Source of the DNA: Syntrophomonadaceae bacterium
GTDB taxonomy: Bacteria > Bacillota > Dethiobacteria > SKNC01
Length of the DNA stretch: 64,000 bases
NCBI GenBank assembly: GCA_003555415.1
Contig: PWHX01000012.1
Span: forward strand, 13,053 to 77,052
Direction: 5' to 3'
A model generated the notes under the pieces. It had not been told where the DNA came from and did no database searches. It worked only from the letters and a program-made list of their open reading frames with translations. The position numbers and the translations under genes were made by a program. Of this stretch, positions 1 to 10,046 are shown piece by piece. Every line of letters starts with the position of its first letter. The first letter of the stretch is position 1.

Positions 1-1022
1 TGTTATTAAGGGAGTTATCAGAAGCATTTGGTGTTTCCGGAGGAGAAGGGGAAGTAAGAAGGATAATCAGGCAGGCGGTTGAACCCCTGGTAGATGAAGT
101 AAGTACCGATGTTTTGGGCAACCTGATTGTCTTTAAAAAGGGATTCAAATCAGGGCCCAGGATTATGCTTACGGCTCATATGGATGAAGTAGGGTTGATA
201 GTAGCCGGATTTGAAAATAACGGACTTATCAGGTTTTCCAAGGTAGGAGGAATAGATGACCGTGTTCTTGTCTCAAAGGTTGTTCAGATAGGCGATAAAA
301 AAGTTCCTGGTGTTATTGGGGCTAAGGCTATACACTTACAAAGACCGGAAGAAAGAAAAAAGTCCTTAAAAGTTGAGGAGCTTTATATAGATATTGGAGC
401 TAAAAGTAAAGAGGAAGCAGAAAAACTGGTAAAACTAGGGGATTATATAGCATTTTACACCAAATATGAAGAAATAGAAGGCGGTTTGGCCAAAGGTAAA
501 GCTTTTGATAATAGAGTAGGCTGTGCCCTGGTAATTGAGGCCTTAAAGAAAGAATACCCTTATCCTTTATACGGTGTTTTCACCGTGCAGGAGGAAGTAG
601 GCATGAGGGGTGCAGGAGTAGCTGCTTATAAAATTAAGCCTGATCTGGCAATTGTTTTGGAAGGGACTACAGCAGCAGATGTTATAGAACTGAAAGAAGA
701 GGGTTATGTCACCACTTTAGGGAAAGGCCCGGCGTTTACTGTAATGGATGCTTCAGTTATAGCCGATTTAAAAATTGTAAACTTTCTTATCAAAATGGCA
801 GAAGAAAACCAGATGCCTTATCAGTTTCGCCGATTCACCGGAGGGGGAACTGATGCCGGAAGGATTTCTTTAACCAGGGAAGGGGTAAGGGCTGCAGTAG
901 TTTCTGTTCCCTGCAGGTATATACACAATCCAGCCAATATTTTAAACCTGGAAGATGTGAAAAATACATTAAAATTAATAGAATTGTTTCTGGTTGATCT
1001 ACCGGAAGGAGGATTATCTTAA
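1..1022 (+). CDS. M42 family metallopeptidase (start codon at or just before window edge)
   Basis: Frame is open from position 3 (LLRELSEAFGVSGGEGEVR...), upstream of the listed TTG at 114; motifs AHMDEVG, KAFDNRVG, QEEVG, GGTD, RYIH. Confidence 0.92.
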   Translation, partial: LLRELSEAFGVSGGEGEVRRIIRQAVEPLVDEVSTDVLGNLIVFKKGFKSGPRIMLTAHMDEVGLIVAGFENNGLIRFSKVGGIDDRVLVSKVVQIGDKKVPGVIGAKAIHLQRPEERKKSLKVEELYIDIGAKSKEEAEKLVKLGDYIAFYTKYEEIEGGLAKGKAFDNRVGCALVIEALKKEYPYPLYGVFTVQEEVGMRGAGVAAYKIKPDLAIVLEGTTAADVIELKEEGYVTTLGKGPAFTVMDASVIADLKIVNFLIKMAEENQMPYQFRRFTGGGTDAGRISLTREGVRAAVVSVPCRYIHNPANILNLEDVKNTLKLIELFLVDLPEGGLS

Positions 1023-2008
1023 TGAAAGAACTAATTAAAGAACTTACGGAAGCTTATGGACCCTCCGGTCGGGAGGACTCGGTGAGAGATACCCTTAAGT
1101 GTATGGTAGAACCTTATGCTGACGAAATAGATGTTGATAAAATGGGCAATTTAATCGTTAGGAAAGAAGGGCCGGGGAAAAAAATAATGGTGGCCGCCCA
1201 TATGGATGAGTTGGGATTAATGGTTACCTTTATAGACGAAAATGGATTTTTAAGGTTTTCTAATATAGGTGGGATATCTCCCTATATTCTTTTGGGGGAA
1301 AGGGTAGTCTTCCATAATGGCGTGAAAGGCACCATAGGTTGTGAAAAATTGGATAATATTAAGGATTTGAAGCTCTCTAAAATGTACATAGATATAGGAT
1401 TTTCAGATAAGAAAGAAGCAGAAGGAAAAGTAAAAATTGGTGATGTTGCTGTGTATCAGAGGTCTTTTTCTGATCTAGGAGGACGTATTCTGGCTAAAGC
1501 TTTGGACGATCGGGTTGGGTGCGCTGTTCTGGTTCAAACATTAAAGGAACTGGAAAAACCCGCAAACGATATATACTTTGTTTTTACTGTACAGGAGGAG
1601 GTTGGAGTCAGGGGGGCCCGAACTTCGGCCTATAAGATTAACCCAGACCTGGGGCTGGCTGTAGACGTAACCCGGACCGGGGATACTCCTGAATCAGAGA
1701 CAATGGCTGTTTCTTTAGGCAAAGGTCCTACAGTAAAAGTAAAAGATACTTTAATTATTACGCACCCTAAGGTCAAAAAATTAATGGTAGATACGGCAGA
1801 AAAGAATAATATTTCATACCAGCTGGAAGTTTTGGAGAGGGGAGGAACGGATTCCGGTGCTATTCATCTTACCCGAGAAGGCGTTCCTTCAGGAGTTATG
1901 TCCATACCCTGTCGATATATTCATACACCATCGGAAATGGTAGATTTTGGGGATGTGCAGGAGGGGGTAAAGCTTTTAAAAAATATTTTGCATAAAAAAG
2001 TAACTTAA
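1022..2008 (+). CDS. M42 family metallopeptidase (TET-like)
   Basis: GPSGRE, AHMDE, KALDDRVG, QEEVG, AVDVT, RYIH; start overlaps upstream stop; SD GGAGG. Confidence 0.93.
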   Translation: MKELIKELTEAYGPSGREDSVRDTLKCMVEPYADEIDVDKMGNLIVRKEGPGKKIMVAAHMDELGLMVTFIDENGFLRFSNIGGISPYILLGERVVFHNGVKGTIGCEKLDNIKDLKLSKMYIDIGFSDKKEAEGKVKIGDVAVYQRSFSDLGGRILAKALDDRVGCAVLVQTLKELEKPANDIYFVFTVQEEVGVRGARTSAYKINPDLGLAVDVTRTGDTPESETMAVSLGKGPTVKVKDTLIITHPKVKKLMVDTAEKNNISYQLEVLERGGTDSGAIHLTREGVPSGVMSIPCRYIHTPSEMVDFGDVQEGVKLLKNILHKKVT

Positions 2009-2031
2009 ACAATATTTTTTACACTTTTTTC

Positions 2032-2060
2032 TTGAATTTTCACTTAAAGCGACTTATAAT
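2032..2060 (+). promoter_or_regulatory. SigA-type promoter of the pan operon
   Basis: TTGAAT-17 nt-TATAAT. Confidence 0.75.
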
Positions 2061-2096
2061 TTAAGTAGCATATAAAAAGAATAATTTAGGTAGTAA

Positions 2097-2127
2097 CTGC
2101 CTGGAGCCAAATTTTGGACCGGGACAG
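2097..2127 (+). ncRNA. pan RNA motif-like leader hairpin
   Basis: CTG-CCTGG-AG-CCAA-loop-TTGG-A-CCGGG-A-CAG stem with bulged A residues, 5' of pan genes as known for the pan motif. Confidence 0.65.
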
Positions 2128-2155
2128 AAGGAGATTATTTTTTTGAGGTGTATCT

Positions 2156-2194
2156 ATGCCTTCTTGACTTGGTCAGGAAGGCATTTGTTATTTT
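2156..2194 (+). terminator. Leader (attenuator) terminator upstream of panG
   Basis: ATGCCTTCTTGAC-TTG-GTCAGGAAGGCAT followed by TTGTTATTTT. Confidence 0.7.
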
Positions 2195-2224
2195 ACAGGA
2201 AAAATTTGCTATTTTTAAAAAAGG

Positions 2225-3112
2225 ATGGATCAAATGAACAGTATAGCTATTGTTGGAGCTGGTAATGTAGGGATAACTATAGGAGCTTCTTTAAAAGAAA
2301 AGGGTTATAATGTTGCAGGAATAATCAGCCGTACCAGGGAATCTACAAGCAGAGGAGCGGAAATAATAGGAACAAAGGGTTACACAGAAATTTTTCCTCT
2401 TTTAAATCAAGCAAATATTATTTTTATTACGACTCCAGATCTGGTAATTGCACAAGTATGCAAAACAATAGCCGAATCCGGGGGTTTTAAAGAAGGAGAT
2501 TTGGTGATTCATACCAGCGGCTCCCACAGTTCTGAAATATTAAGTTCTGCAGGGGATAAAGGAGCCTATACTTTATCTGTTCACCCTCTCCAGACTATTC
2601 CTGGCCCTGAAGCAGGAATAAGAAATTTACCCGGGTCCTACTTTGCAGTTGAGGGAGATGAAAGGGGGCTGCCCTTTGCAAGGAAAATGATTGCAGATTT
2701 ACAGGGCCATCTGGTGGAAATACCAACAGAATTGAAGCCCCTATACCATGCATCAGCCTGCGTAGTATCCAACTATTTTGTAGCCATTGTCCGACTGGGA
2801 CTGGCCATGATGGAGGATATCGGGGTGGACAAAGATAAGGCTTTGGCAGCTTTACTGCCTCTTATTCAAGGAACAATGAAAAACATAGAAAAGGTAGGTG
2901 TTCCGGAAGGGCTTACCGGTCCTATCGCTAGGGGAGATTACTCTACTATAAGGGACCACCTTAAAGTCATGGAAAGAGAGATGCCGGAAATAGTGCCTGT
3001 TTATGGTGAATTGGGGAAATATACAGTTAAAGTAGCTTTAGAAAAGGGAACTATTAACCGGGAGCAATCCCAACAGCTAATAAAAGTTTTGGAGGTAAAT
3101 AAAAATGGCTAA
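2225..3112 (+). CDS. panG: Rossmann-like/DUF2520 protein, probable PanG-type ketopantoate reductase
   Basis: GAGNVG nucleotide-binding motif, HTSG, HPLQT, YHASA, LTGPIARGD; first gene of panBCD operon. Confidence 0.75.
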   Translation: MDQMNSIAIVGAGNVGITIGASLKEKGYNVAGIISRTRESTSRGAEIIGTKGYTEIFPLLNQANIIFITTPDLVIAQVCKTIAESGGFKEGDLVIHTSGSHSSEILSSAGDKGAYTLSVHPLQTIPGPEAGIRNLPGSYFAVEGDERGLPFARKMIADLQGHLVEIPTELKPLYHASACVVSNYFVAIVRLGLAMMEDIGVDKDKALAALLPLIQGTMKNIEKVGVPEGLTGPIARGDYSTIRDHLKVMEREMPEIVPVYGELGKYTVKVALEKGTINREQSQQLIKVLEVNKNG

Positions 3113-3941
3113 AAGAATTACTACTTTTGATTTAAGGCAAAAAAAACAGAAGGGCGAAAAGAGCACTATGCTTACTGCTTATGATTATTCCCAGGCAAAA
3201 ACAGTTGATGAAGCTGGAATAGACATGATTCTTGTTGGGGATTCCCTGGGTATGGTGGTGTTAGGTTACAAAGATACCCTGTCTGTAACCCTGGAGGAAA
3301 TGATCCATCATGGTAAAGCCGTAGTAAGAGGATCCCAAAGTTCTATGGTAGTTATGGATATGCCTTTTATGTCTTATCAGGTTAACCGGGATGAAGCTTT
3401 AAAGAACGCTGGACGTCTTATTCAAGAAACAGGAGCTCAGGCAGTTAAGTTGGAAGGCGGAACGGAAATAATAGAAGCGGTTAAAGGTATTGTAGATGCT
3501 GGTATTCCGGTTATGGGACACCTGGGTTTAACACCTCAATCTGTGGGTCAGCTGGGGGGATATAAAGTCCAGGGTAAGGATAAAGAGGTAGCAAAGAAAA
3601 TGGTTAAGGATGTCAAAGCATTAGAAGAAGCAGGGGCATTTGCTGTAGTTTTGGAGTGTGTTCCCTGGCAGTTAGCCGGTTTTATAGCTTCTACAGTTTC
3701 CATCCCTGTTATAGGAATTGGAGCAGGCAAGGAGTGTGACGGTCAGGTTCTGGTATTCCACGACGTAATGGGCTTATTTGATGAATTCAGGCCGAAATTT
3801 GTTAAACAGTATCTAAACTTGAGAGAGAACATGATAGAGGGTATTAAAGATTATGTAAAAGAAGTTAAAGAAGGTCAGTTTCCCGGTAAGGAGCATATCT
3901 TCGACCTGGGGGAAGAAGATATAAAGCAATTACTGGAATAA
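3105..3941 (+). CDS. panB: 3-methyl-2-oxobutanoate hydroxymethyltransferase
   Basis: LTAYD, LVGDSLG, AVKLEGG, GHLGLTPQ, GIGAG. Confidence 0.97.
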   Translation: MAKRITTFDLRQKKQKGEKSTMLTAYDYSQAKTVDEAGIDMILVGDSLGMVVLGYKDTLSVTLEEMIHHGKAVVRGSQSSMVVMDMPFMSYQVNRDEALKNAGRLIQETGAQAVKLEGGTEIIEAVKGIVDAGIPVMGHLGLTPQSVGQLGGYKVQGKDKEVAKKMVKDVKALEEAGAFAVVLECVPWQLAGFIASTVSIPVIGIGAGKECDGQVLVFHDVMGLFDEFRPKFVKQYLNLRENMIEGIKDYVKEVKEGQFPGKEHIFDLGEEDIKQLLE

Positions 3942-3953
3942 GGGGAGATATTA

Positions 3954-4799
3954 GTGCAGGTCATCAGGTCTATTACGGAGCTTAAAGAGAAAATCAGACA
4001 GGTGAAGCAATGGGGTCAAACTATAGGGCTTGTTCCTACTATGGGTTATCTTCATGAGGGGCATCTTTCCCTGGTTAAAGGTGCAAGGGATGACTGTGAC
4101 TTTGTTGTGGTGAGTATATATGTGAATCCAATTCAGTTTGGTGTGGGGGAAGACTTTGAAGAATATCCCAGGGATTTAACCAGGGATGCCCGCTTATGTG
4201 AAGAAGAAAACGTCGATATTATTTTTTCTCCTTCAGATAGCGACATGTACCCTAAAGGATATGCTACTTTTGTAGATGTTGAAATATTAACGGAGGGTCT
4301 TTGCGGTAGAAATCGGCCGGGACATTTCCGGGGAGTTACTACAGTGGTAACAAAATTATTCAACCTGGTAGAGCCGGACAAAGCATATTTTGGGCAGAAG
4401 GATGCCCAGCAGGCGCTGGTACTTAGGAAAATGTCGGAAGATCTCAATATGAATCTTGAACTGGTAATTATGCCTACTGTAAGGGAGCCTGATGGATTAG
4501 CCATGAGTACCAGGAATCATTATCTTTCTGAAAAGGAAAGGGAGGCTGGGCTGGCCTTATATAGAAGCTTAACCAGGGCGGAAGAACTTATAGAACAGGG
4601 ATTACGAAAAAGCCAAGAAGTAATTTCAGCCGTGGAACAGCTTATTAATCAGGAACCCCTGGTAGAAATAGAATATGTAGAAATAGTAGATACAAAAGAA
4701 ATGGAGAGGTTAGAAGAGTTAAGGGGAGAAATATTGATTGCCCTGGCTGTTAAAATAGGGAAAACTCGTCTTATAGATAATGTTATAGTGGAGGTGTAA
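3954..4799 (+). CDS. panC: Pantoate--beta-alanine ligase
   Basis: [28 protein letters not shown]. Confidence 0.97.
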   Translation: MQVIRSITELKEKIRQVKQWGQTIGLVPTMGYLHEGHLSLVKGARDDCDFVVVSIYVNPIQFGVGEDFEEYPRDLTRDARLCEEENVDIIFSPSDSDMYPKGYATFVDVEILTEGLCGRNRPGHFRGVTTVVTKLFNLVEPDKAYFGQKDAQQALVLRKMSEDLNMNLELVIMPTVREPDGLAMSTRNHYLSEKEREAGLALYRSLTRAEELIEQGLRKSQEVISAVEQLINQEPLVEIEYVEIVDTKEMERLEELRGEILIALAVKIGKTRLIDNVIVEV

Positions 4800-5170
4800 T
4801 GATGTTTCGTCACATGTTTAAGTCAAAAATTCACCGTGCTACAGTTACCGATGCAGATTTAAATTATAACGGCAGTATTACTATAGATAAAAAATTACTA
4901 GAAGAGGCTGATATACTGCCTTATGAACAGGTTCATGTAGTTAATATTAATAATGGCGCCAGGTTTGAAACTTATGTTATAGAAGGGGAAGCCGGTTCCG
5001 GTGACATTTGCCTAAATGGTGCTGCGGCCCGTCTGGCTCATCCCGGGGACCTGGTTATAATTATTACTTATTCCTTGGTAGGAGAAGAACAATTAAAAGG
5101 TTTTGAAGTAAAAACTATATTGGTCAATGAGAAAAATCAAATTGTTAAGGTAAACAAAGAAAAAGTATAG
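4799..5170 (+). CDS. panD: Aspartate 1-decarboxylase proenzyme
   Basis: [16 protein letters not shown] self-cleavage site, ETY, NGAAA. Confidence 0.97.
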   Translation: MMFRHMFKSKIHRATVTDADLNYNGSITIDKKLLEEADILPYEQVHVVNINNGARFETYVIEGEAGSGDICLNGAAARLAHPGDLVIIITYSLVGEEQLKGFEVKTILVNEKNQIVKVNKEKV

Positions 5171-5201
5171 TTATTGTGGCATTGCTTTTATCTTTTTTTT
5201 T

Positions 5202-5226
5202 AACTGGCTTTAGGGTCAGTTTTTTT
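5202..5226 (+). terminator. Intrinsic terminator after panD
   Basis: AACTGGCT-TTAG-GGTCAGTT plus T-run. Confidence 0.6.
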
Positions 5227-5339
5227 ATGAGAAATATCCAGAACTTTTGTTATAATTTAAAAAAAAATATTTTTATGCTATACTTGTAATGGTTTATTTA
5301 TTGACACGAGAGAAATATTTTGCACAAGGGGTGTTGGCT

Positions 5340-6596
5340 TTGGTAGAAGAAATAAATAATTGTTCTCTGGAAGAAAGACGTGAATTGGCTTTGGAAAGGG
5401 CCAGGGAGTTGAAGAGTTATATTAATGACTATATGGAAGCTCAGGGTAAAATTGAAGCCGGCTTAAACCTGGAAGATACTTTTAAAGAAAATAAGAAAAG
5501 AATAAAATATATATTGAATGCTACAGAGGAAGACTGGCAGAGTTGGCAGTGGCAGATTGAAAACAGGATATATAATGTAGAAACCCTGGCAAAAATAATA
5601 AATATAAGTGAAGAAGCAAAAAATGCTATTAAAATGATAGAAGGCAGGTATCGATGGGCTGTTTCCCCTTACTATCTAAGCTTAGCAGATAATGATAACC
5701 CTGGATGTCCTATACGTAAACAATCGATACCGTCACTTTTAGAATATACAAATAACTTGGGACAGGATGATCCTATGGCGGAAGAATTTACGTCTCCTGC
5801 TCCGGCTATTACCAGGAGATATCCGGATCGTCTTATCATAAACGTTACTAACCAGTGTGCCATGTACTGCAGGCACTGCCAGAGAAGAAGAAATATTGGC
5901 GAATTAGACACTCCAGCCCCAAGGGAAAAAATTGAAGAAGCATTAAAATATATTAGAGAAAATGAAGAATTGAGAGACATTCTGCTAACCGGTGGAGATG
6001 CTTTTATGCTTTCTAATGAAGAAATAGACTGGCTGTTAACCCAGCTTGACGAGATACCTCATGTTGAAATCAAACGTTTGGGAACCCGAACACCTGTGAC
6101 GCTGCCCATGAGGGTAGATGATGAGCTCTGCACCATACTGGAAAAGCATGCTCCTGTTTACGTAAACGTTCACTTTAATCACCCTAAAGAAGTGACTGAG
6201 GCCTCCCGTAAGGCATGTTTTAAGCTAGCTAAAGCTGGGGTGCCCCTGGGAAATCAGGCAGTTCTCTTGAGAGATATTAATAATGATTCACATGTAATGA
6301 AAAAATTAAATCATGAATTGCTTAAAATCCTGGTCAAGCCTTATTATATTTTCCATGCCAAGGGCGTTAGGGGAACAGCTCACTTCAGGACCCCTGTAGA
6401 GGATGGTATAAAAATAATGAATAGCTTAAGAGGGCATACTTCAGGCTTAGCGATACCGACCTTTATAGTAAATGCACCCGAGGGATTTGGGAAAATTCCT
6501 ATGCTTTCCGAATATATTATATCCTTGTCTTCCGACAAGATAACTATTCGTAACTGGGAGAATAAAGACTTCGAATATTTCAACCCACATGATTAA
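5340..6596 (+). CDS. eam: KamA-family radical SAM/PLP enzyme, glutamate 2,3-aminomutase type
   Basis: CAMYCRHCQRRR, RRYPDR, YRWAVSPYY, FHAKGVRGT (PLP-Lys region), N-terminal ALERARELK extension typical of Eam; likely TTG start at 5340 after AAGGGGTG (ORF track starts 5289). Confidence 0.82.
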   Translation: MVEEINNCSLEERRELALERARELKSYINDYMEAQGKIEAGLNLEDTFKENKKRIKYILNATEEDWQSWQWQIENRIYNVETLAKIINISEEAKNAIKMIEGRYRWAVSPYYLSLADNDNPGCPIRKQSIPSLLEYTNNLGQDDPMAEEFTSPAPAITRRYPDRLIINVTNQCAMYCRHCQRRRNIGELDTPAPREKIEEALKYIRENEELRDILLTGGDAFMLSNEEIDWLLTQLDEIPHVEIKRLGTRTPVTLPMRVDDELCTILEKHAPVYVNVHFNHPKEVTEASRKACFKLAKAGVPLGNQAVLLRDINNDSHVMKKLNHELLKILVKPYYIFHAKGVRGTAHFRTPVEDGIKIMNSLRGHTSGLAIPTFIVNAPEGFGKIPMLSEYIISLSSDKITIRNWENKDFEYFNPHD

Positions 6597-6624
6597 AAAA
6601 TAATTTTATAATTTCTTTACCATT

Positions 6625-6676
6625 AATATTTGGGTAGACGCTTTCATAAAAATGATGTCTACCCAAATATTTTTTT
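6625..6676 (+). terminator. 15-bp perfect inverted repeat, terminator after eam
   Basis: AATATTTGGGTAGAC (6625-6639) / GTCTACCCAAATATT (6657-6671) then T-run. Confidence 0.7.
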
Positions 6677-6710
6677 CTTTTCATGTAATGAGGAATATTT
6701 TGCAAATTAA

Positions 6711-6737
6711 GAAGGAATAATTTACAAACTGTCGAAT
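6711..6737 (+). promoter_or_regulatory. SigH-type promoter with overlapping Spo0A box upstream of dprA
   Basis: AGGA-17 nt-GAAT; TGTCGAA at 6730-6736. Confidence 0.55.
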
Positions 6738-6776
6738 GTAAAGCAGGAAACATTCTTAATTTATGAGGTGTTATAA

Positions 6777-7859
6777 TTGACTTATAAAAAATACTGGGTA
6801 GGGTTAAGTTCAATATCCTGTCTTGGGCCAAAAAGAATATTAAATATAATAAATCATTTTGGTACAGCGCAAAAAGCCTGGCATGCATCCCGGGAGCAGT
6901 TTGTCGAAGTTGAAGGAATAAGCCAAAAGATCGCTTCTCAAATTGAAAAAGAAAGAAAAAACATAGATTTATCCATCAAGTTAAAACAGCTACAGGATAA
7001 CGATATAAAAGTTATAACTTATGAAGATGAAAATTACCCCCAGGCTTTAAAGTATATACATTATCCCCCGGCTTTATTATATGTAAAGGGGGAATTTAAT
7101 TTCCAGGATCAAAAGGTTGTAGGTATAGTTGGAACCAGGAAATATACATCTTATGGGAAAAGAGTAGCGACTAAAATAGCAGGGTCTTTAACCCGTTTTG
7201 GTTTTACTATAGTAAGTGGTCTGGCCCGGGGCATTGATACTTTTGCTCATCGTTCAACCCTGGATTCAGGAGGCAGGACAGTTGCTGTATTAGGATGTGG
7301 AATTGATGTGATTTATCCCCGTCAAAACATTAATTTGGCCAGAGAAATTGTCAAGGAGGGAGCATTGATTTCGGAATTTCCGCCGGGGACTCCACCGGCT
7401 GCTGGAAATTTTCCCAGGAGAAACCGCATTATCAGTGGATTGGCGTATGGCCTGGTAGTAGTAGAAGCTGCAGAAAAGAGTGGAGCTCTAATTACTGCAG
7501 ATTATGCCTTAGAACAGGGAAAAGATGTTTTTGCTGTGCCGGGTAATATAGATAGTCCCTATAGCAGAGGATGTAATAAACTGATAAAAGAGGGAGCAGT
7601 TATGGTAGGAAACCCTCTAGACATTGTTCAAGAAATGGGTTATGATTTCACAGACGAATCAGGATTGCAGTACAATTTTGCAGATTATACCGATGAGGAG
7701 AAAAGATTATTGGCTGTTCTTGATCCACAGCCGATGCATATAGATGAGATTCTAAAGAGAAACAAGCTTTCTTCTCAAAAACTAAATTCCCTACTAACAA
7801 GTTTAGAGTTAAAGGGAGCGGTCAGGCAGTTAATAGGAAAATATTTTCAAAAAGCTTAA
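6777..7859 (+). CDS. dprA: DNA-processing protein DprA
   Basis: IVGTR, VSGLARGID, FPRRNRIISGL, SGALITA, FAVPG; upstream of topA. Confidence 0.96.
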   Translation: MTYKKYWVGLSSISCLGPKRILNIINHFGTAQKAWHASREQFVEVEGISQKIASQIEKERKNIDLSIKLKQLQDNDIKVITYEDENYPQALKYIHYPPALLYVKGEFNFQDQKVVGIVGTRKYTSYGKRVATKIAGSLTRFGFTIVSGLARGIDTFAHRSTLDSGGRTVAVLGCGIDVIYPRQNINLAREIVKEGALISEFPPGTPPAAGNFPRRNRIISGLAYGLVVVEAAEKSGALITADYALEQGKDVFAVPGNIDSPYSRGCNKLIKEGAVMVGNPLDIVQEMGYDFTDESGLQYNFADYTDEEKRLLAVLDPQPMHIDEILKRNKLSSQKLNSLLTSLELKGAVRQLIGKYFQKA

Positions 7860-7935
7860 AAAAATGTATTAACTATATGCAAAAAGTATAGTATATATAT
7901 AATTTATCAGGTTTAAACTTATCGGAGGTGCATAA

Positions 7936-10029
7936 ATGTATCTAGTCATAGTTGAATCACCTGCCAAAGCGCGAACTATAAAAAAATTCTTAGGAAAAAA
8001 TTATAAAGTTGAAGCTTCCATGGGCCACGTAATAGATTTGCCCAAAAGCCAAATTGGGATTGATACTGAAAAAAAATATAAACCAAAGTATATTACTATT
8101 AGGGGAAAGGGAGAAATTTTAAAAAAACTAAAAACGGCCAGGAAAAAAGCTAAGAAGGTCTTCTTCGCAGCAGACCCTGACAGGGAAGGAGAGGCTATTA
8201 GCTGGCATTTAATGAAAGCTTTGGAGGTAAACGAAGATGAACCCTGCCGGGTAGAGTTCCATGAAATTACCAAAAATACAGTTAAAGATGCTTTTAAAAA
8301 GCCAAGAAAGATTGATAAAAACCGGGTAGAAGCCCAGCAGGCCAGACGCATATTGGACCGTTTAGTAGGTTATAAAATTAGTCCTTTGTTATGGAAAAAG
8401 GTAAAGAAAGGACTTAGCGCCGGCAGAGTACAGTCGGTGGCTATACGTTTGATTTGTGATCGGGAAGAAGAAATTAGGTCTTTTGTTCCTGAAGAGTACT
8501 GGTCCTTAACAGCCCAGCTAACCCCTGGGGGAAAGGCGGATTCCTTTTTGGCCCAGTTCAGGGGAATGGATAAAAGCAAAATAAAACTCACTGATGAAAA
8601 CATGGTAAATGACATCATAGGAGAATTAACCCAGGCAAAGTATGTAATAAACAGTATTAAAAAGAGGGAACGGAAAAGAAACCCGGCACCTCCTTTTACA
8701 ACCAGCAGCTTGCAGCAGGATTCTTCCAGCAGGTTAGGGTTTACTGTTCGCAAAACAATGTCTATAGCTCAGCAGCTTTACGAAGGTATAAACATAAAAA
8801 AAGAAGGTACTGTTGGTCTTATAACTTATATAAGAACTGATTCTACTAAAATATCCGACACAGCCCGGGAAGAGGCGAAGAATTATATATTAAAAAAATA
8901 CGGTGAAGATTATTACCCTGCCAAGCCCAGAGTGTACAAAGTTAAAAAAGGGGCCCAGGAAGCTCATGAAGCCATTCGTCCTACTTCAACTTTCAGAAAT
9001 CCAGATGATATAAAAGGACATCTTACCAAAGACCAGTATCGCTTATATAAATTGATCTGGGAAAGGTTTCTCGCCAGCCAGATGAGTCATGCTGTATTTA
9101 ACATGGTTACGGTAGATATAAAAGCTTACAATTATTTATTTAGAACTACAGGTTCCACTGTCAAGTTTCCTGGATTTTTAGTTATTTATGATAATTTAGG
9201 TATAGATGAAAGGGAAGAAGACAGGGTTTTACCGGAATTAGAAGAAGGCCAGGAACTAAATTTAATTAAACTGAAACCCCAACAGCATTTTACGCAACCT
9301 CCTCCCCGGTACACCGAAGCTTCCCTGGTTAAGACCCTTGAAGAGAAAGGCGTTGGGCGTCCATCCACTTATGCCCCTACAATAGATACTATACAGGCCC
9401 GGGGATATGTCTTAAAAGAAAAGAAAAATCTTGTTCCTACGGAACTGGGACAAATAGTCGTAGATCTAATGAAGGAATTTTTTCCTGATATCATAAATGT
9501 AGAATTCACAGCCTCTCTGGAGGATAAATTGGATTTAGTTGAAGAAGGAAATGTCCGTTGGATTGAAGTGATAGACAATTTCTACATTCCTTTTCAAAAA
9601 ACCATACAATACGCAGAAAAGGAAATGGAGGAAATAGAAATACAGGACGAGGTAAGTGATGAGGTGTGTGAAAAATGTGGCAGACAAATGGTGTATAAGC
9701 ACGGACGATATGGTAAATTTTTAGCCTGCCCTGGTTTTCCTGAATGCAGAAATACAAAGCCAATTTTAAAGGAAACAGGGGTAAAATGTCCGGTTTGCGG
9801 CGGAGAAGTAGTAGAAAAGAAAACGAAAAAAGGCAGGACGTTTTTCGGCTGCAGCAGTTATCCGGATTGTGAGTTTGTATCCTGGCAACGACCCGTTAAT
9901 GAAAAGTGCCCATATTGTGATTCAGTACTGGTAGAAAAGAGGAGCAAACAAAAACTTACACTGAGATGCCTGAACAAGGAATGTGACTTTCAAAGGGATG
10001 AAAAAAAAAATAAACAAGAAAGTAAATAA
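7936..10029 (+). CDS. topA: DNA topoisomerase I
   Basis: [31 protein letters not shown]-terminal C4 zinc ribbons. Confidence 0.98.
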   Translation: MYLVIVESPAKARTIKKFLGKNYKVEASMGHVIDLPKSQIGIDTEKKYKPKYITIRGKGEILKKLKTARKKAKKVFFAADPDREGEAISWHLMKALEVNEDEPCRVEFHEITKNTVKDAFKKPRKIDKNRVEAQQARRILDRLVGYKISPLLWKKVKKGLSAGRVQSVAIRLICDREEEIRSFVPEEYWSLTAQLTPGGKADSFLAQFRGMDKSKIKLTDENMVNDIIGELTQAKYVINSIKKRERKRNPAPPFTTSSLQQDSSSRLGFTVRKTMSIAQQLYEGINIKKEGTVGLITYIRTDSTKISDTAREEAKNYILKKYGEDYYPAKPRVYKVKKGAQEAHEAIRPTSTFRNPDDIKGHLTKDQYRLYKLIWERFLASQMSHAVFNMVTVDIKAYNYLFRTTGSTVKFPGFLVIYDNLGIDEREEDRVLPELEEGQELNLIKLKPQQHFTQPPPRYTEASLVKTLEEKGVGRPSTYAPTIDTIQARGYVLKEKKNLVPTELGQIVVDLMKEFFPDIINVEFTASLEDKLDLVEEGNVRWIEVIDNFYIPFQKTIQYAEKEMEEIEIQDEVSDEVCEKCGRQMVYKHGRYGKFLACPGFPECRNTKPILKETGVKCPVCGGEVVEKKTKKGRTFFGCSSYPDCEFVSWQRPVNEKCPYCDSVLVEKRSKQKLTLRCLNKECDFQRDEKKNKQESK

Positions 10030-10046
10030 CGGGAGGAACTAAATAT

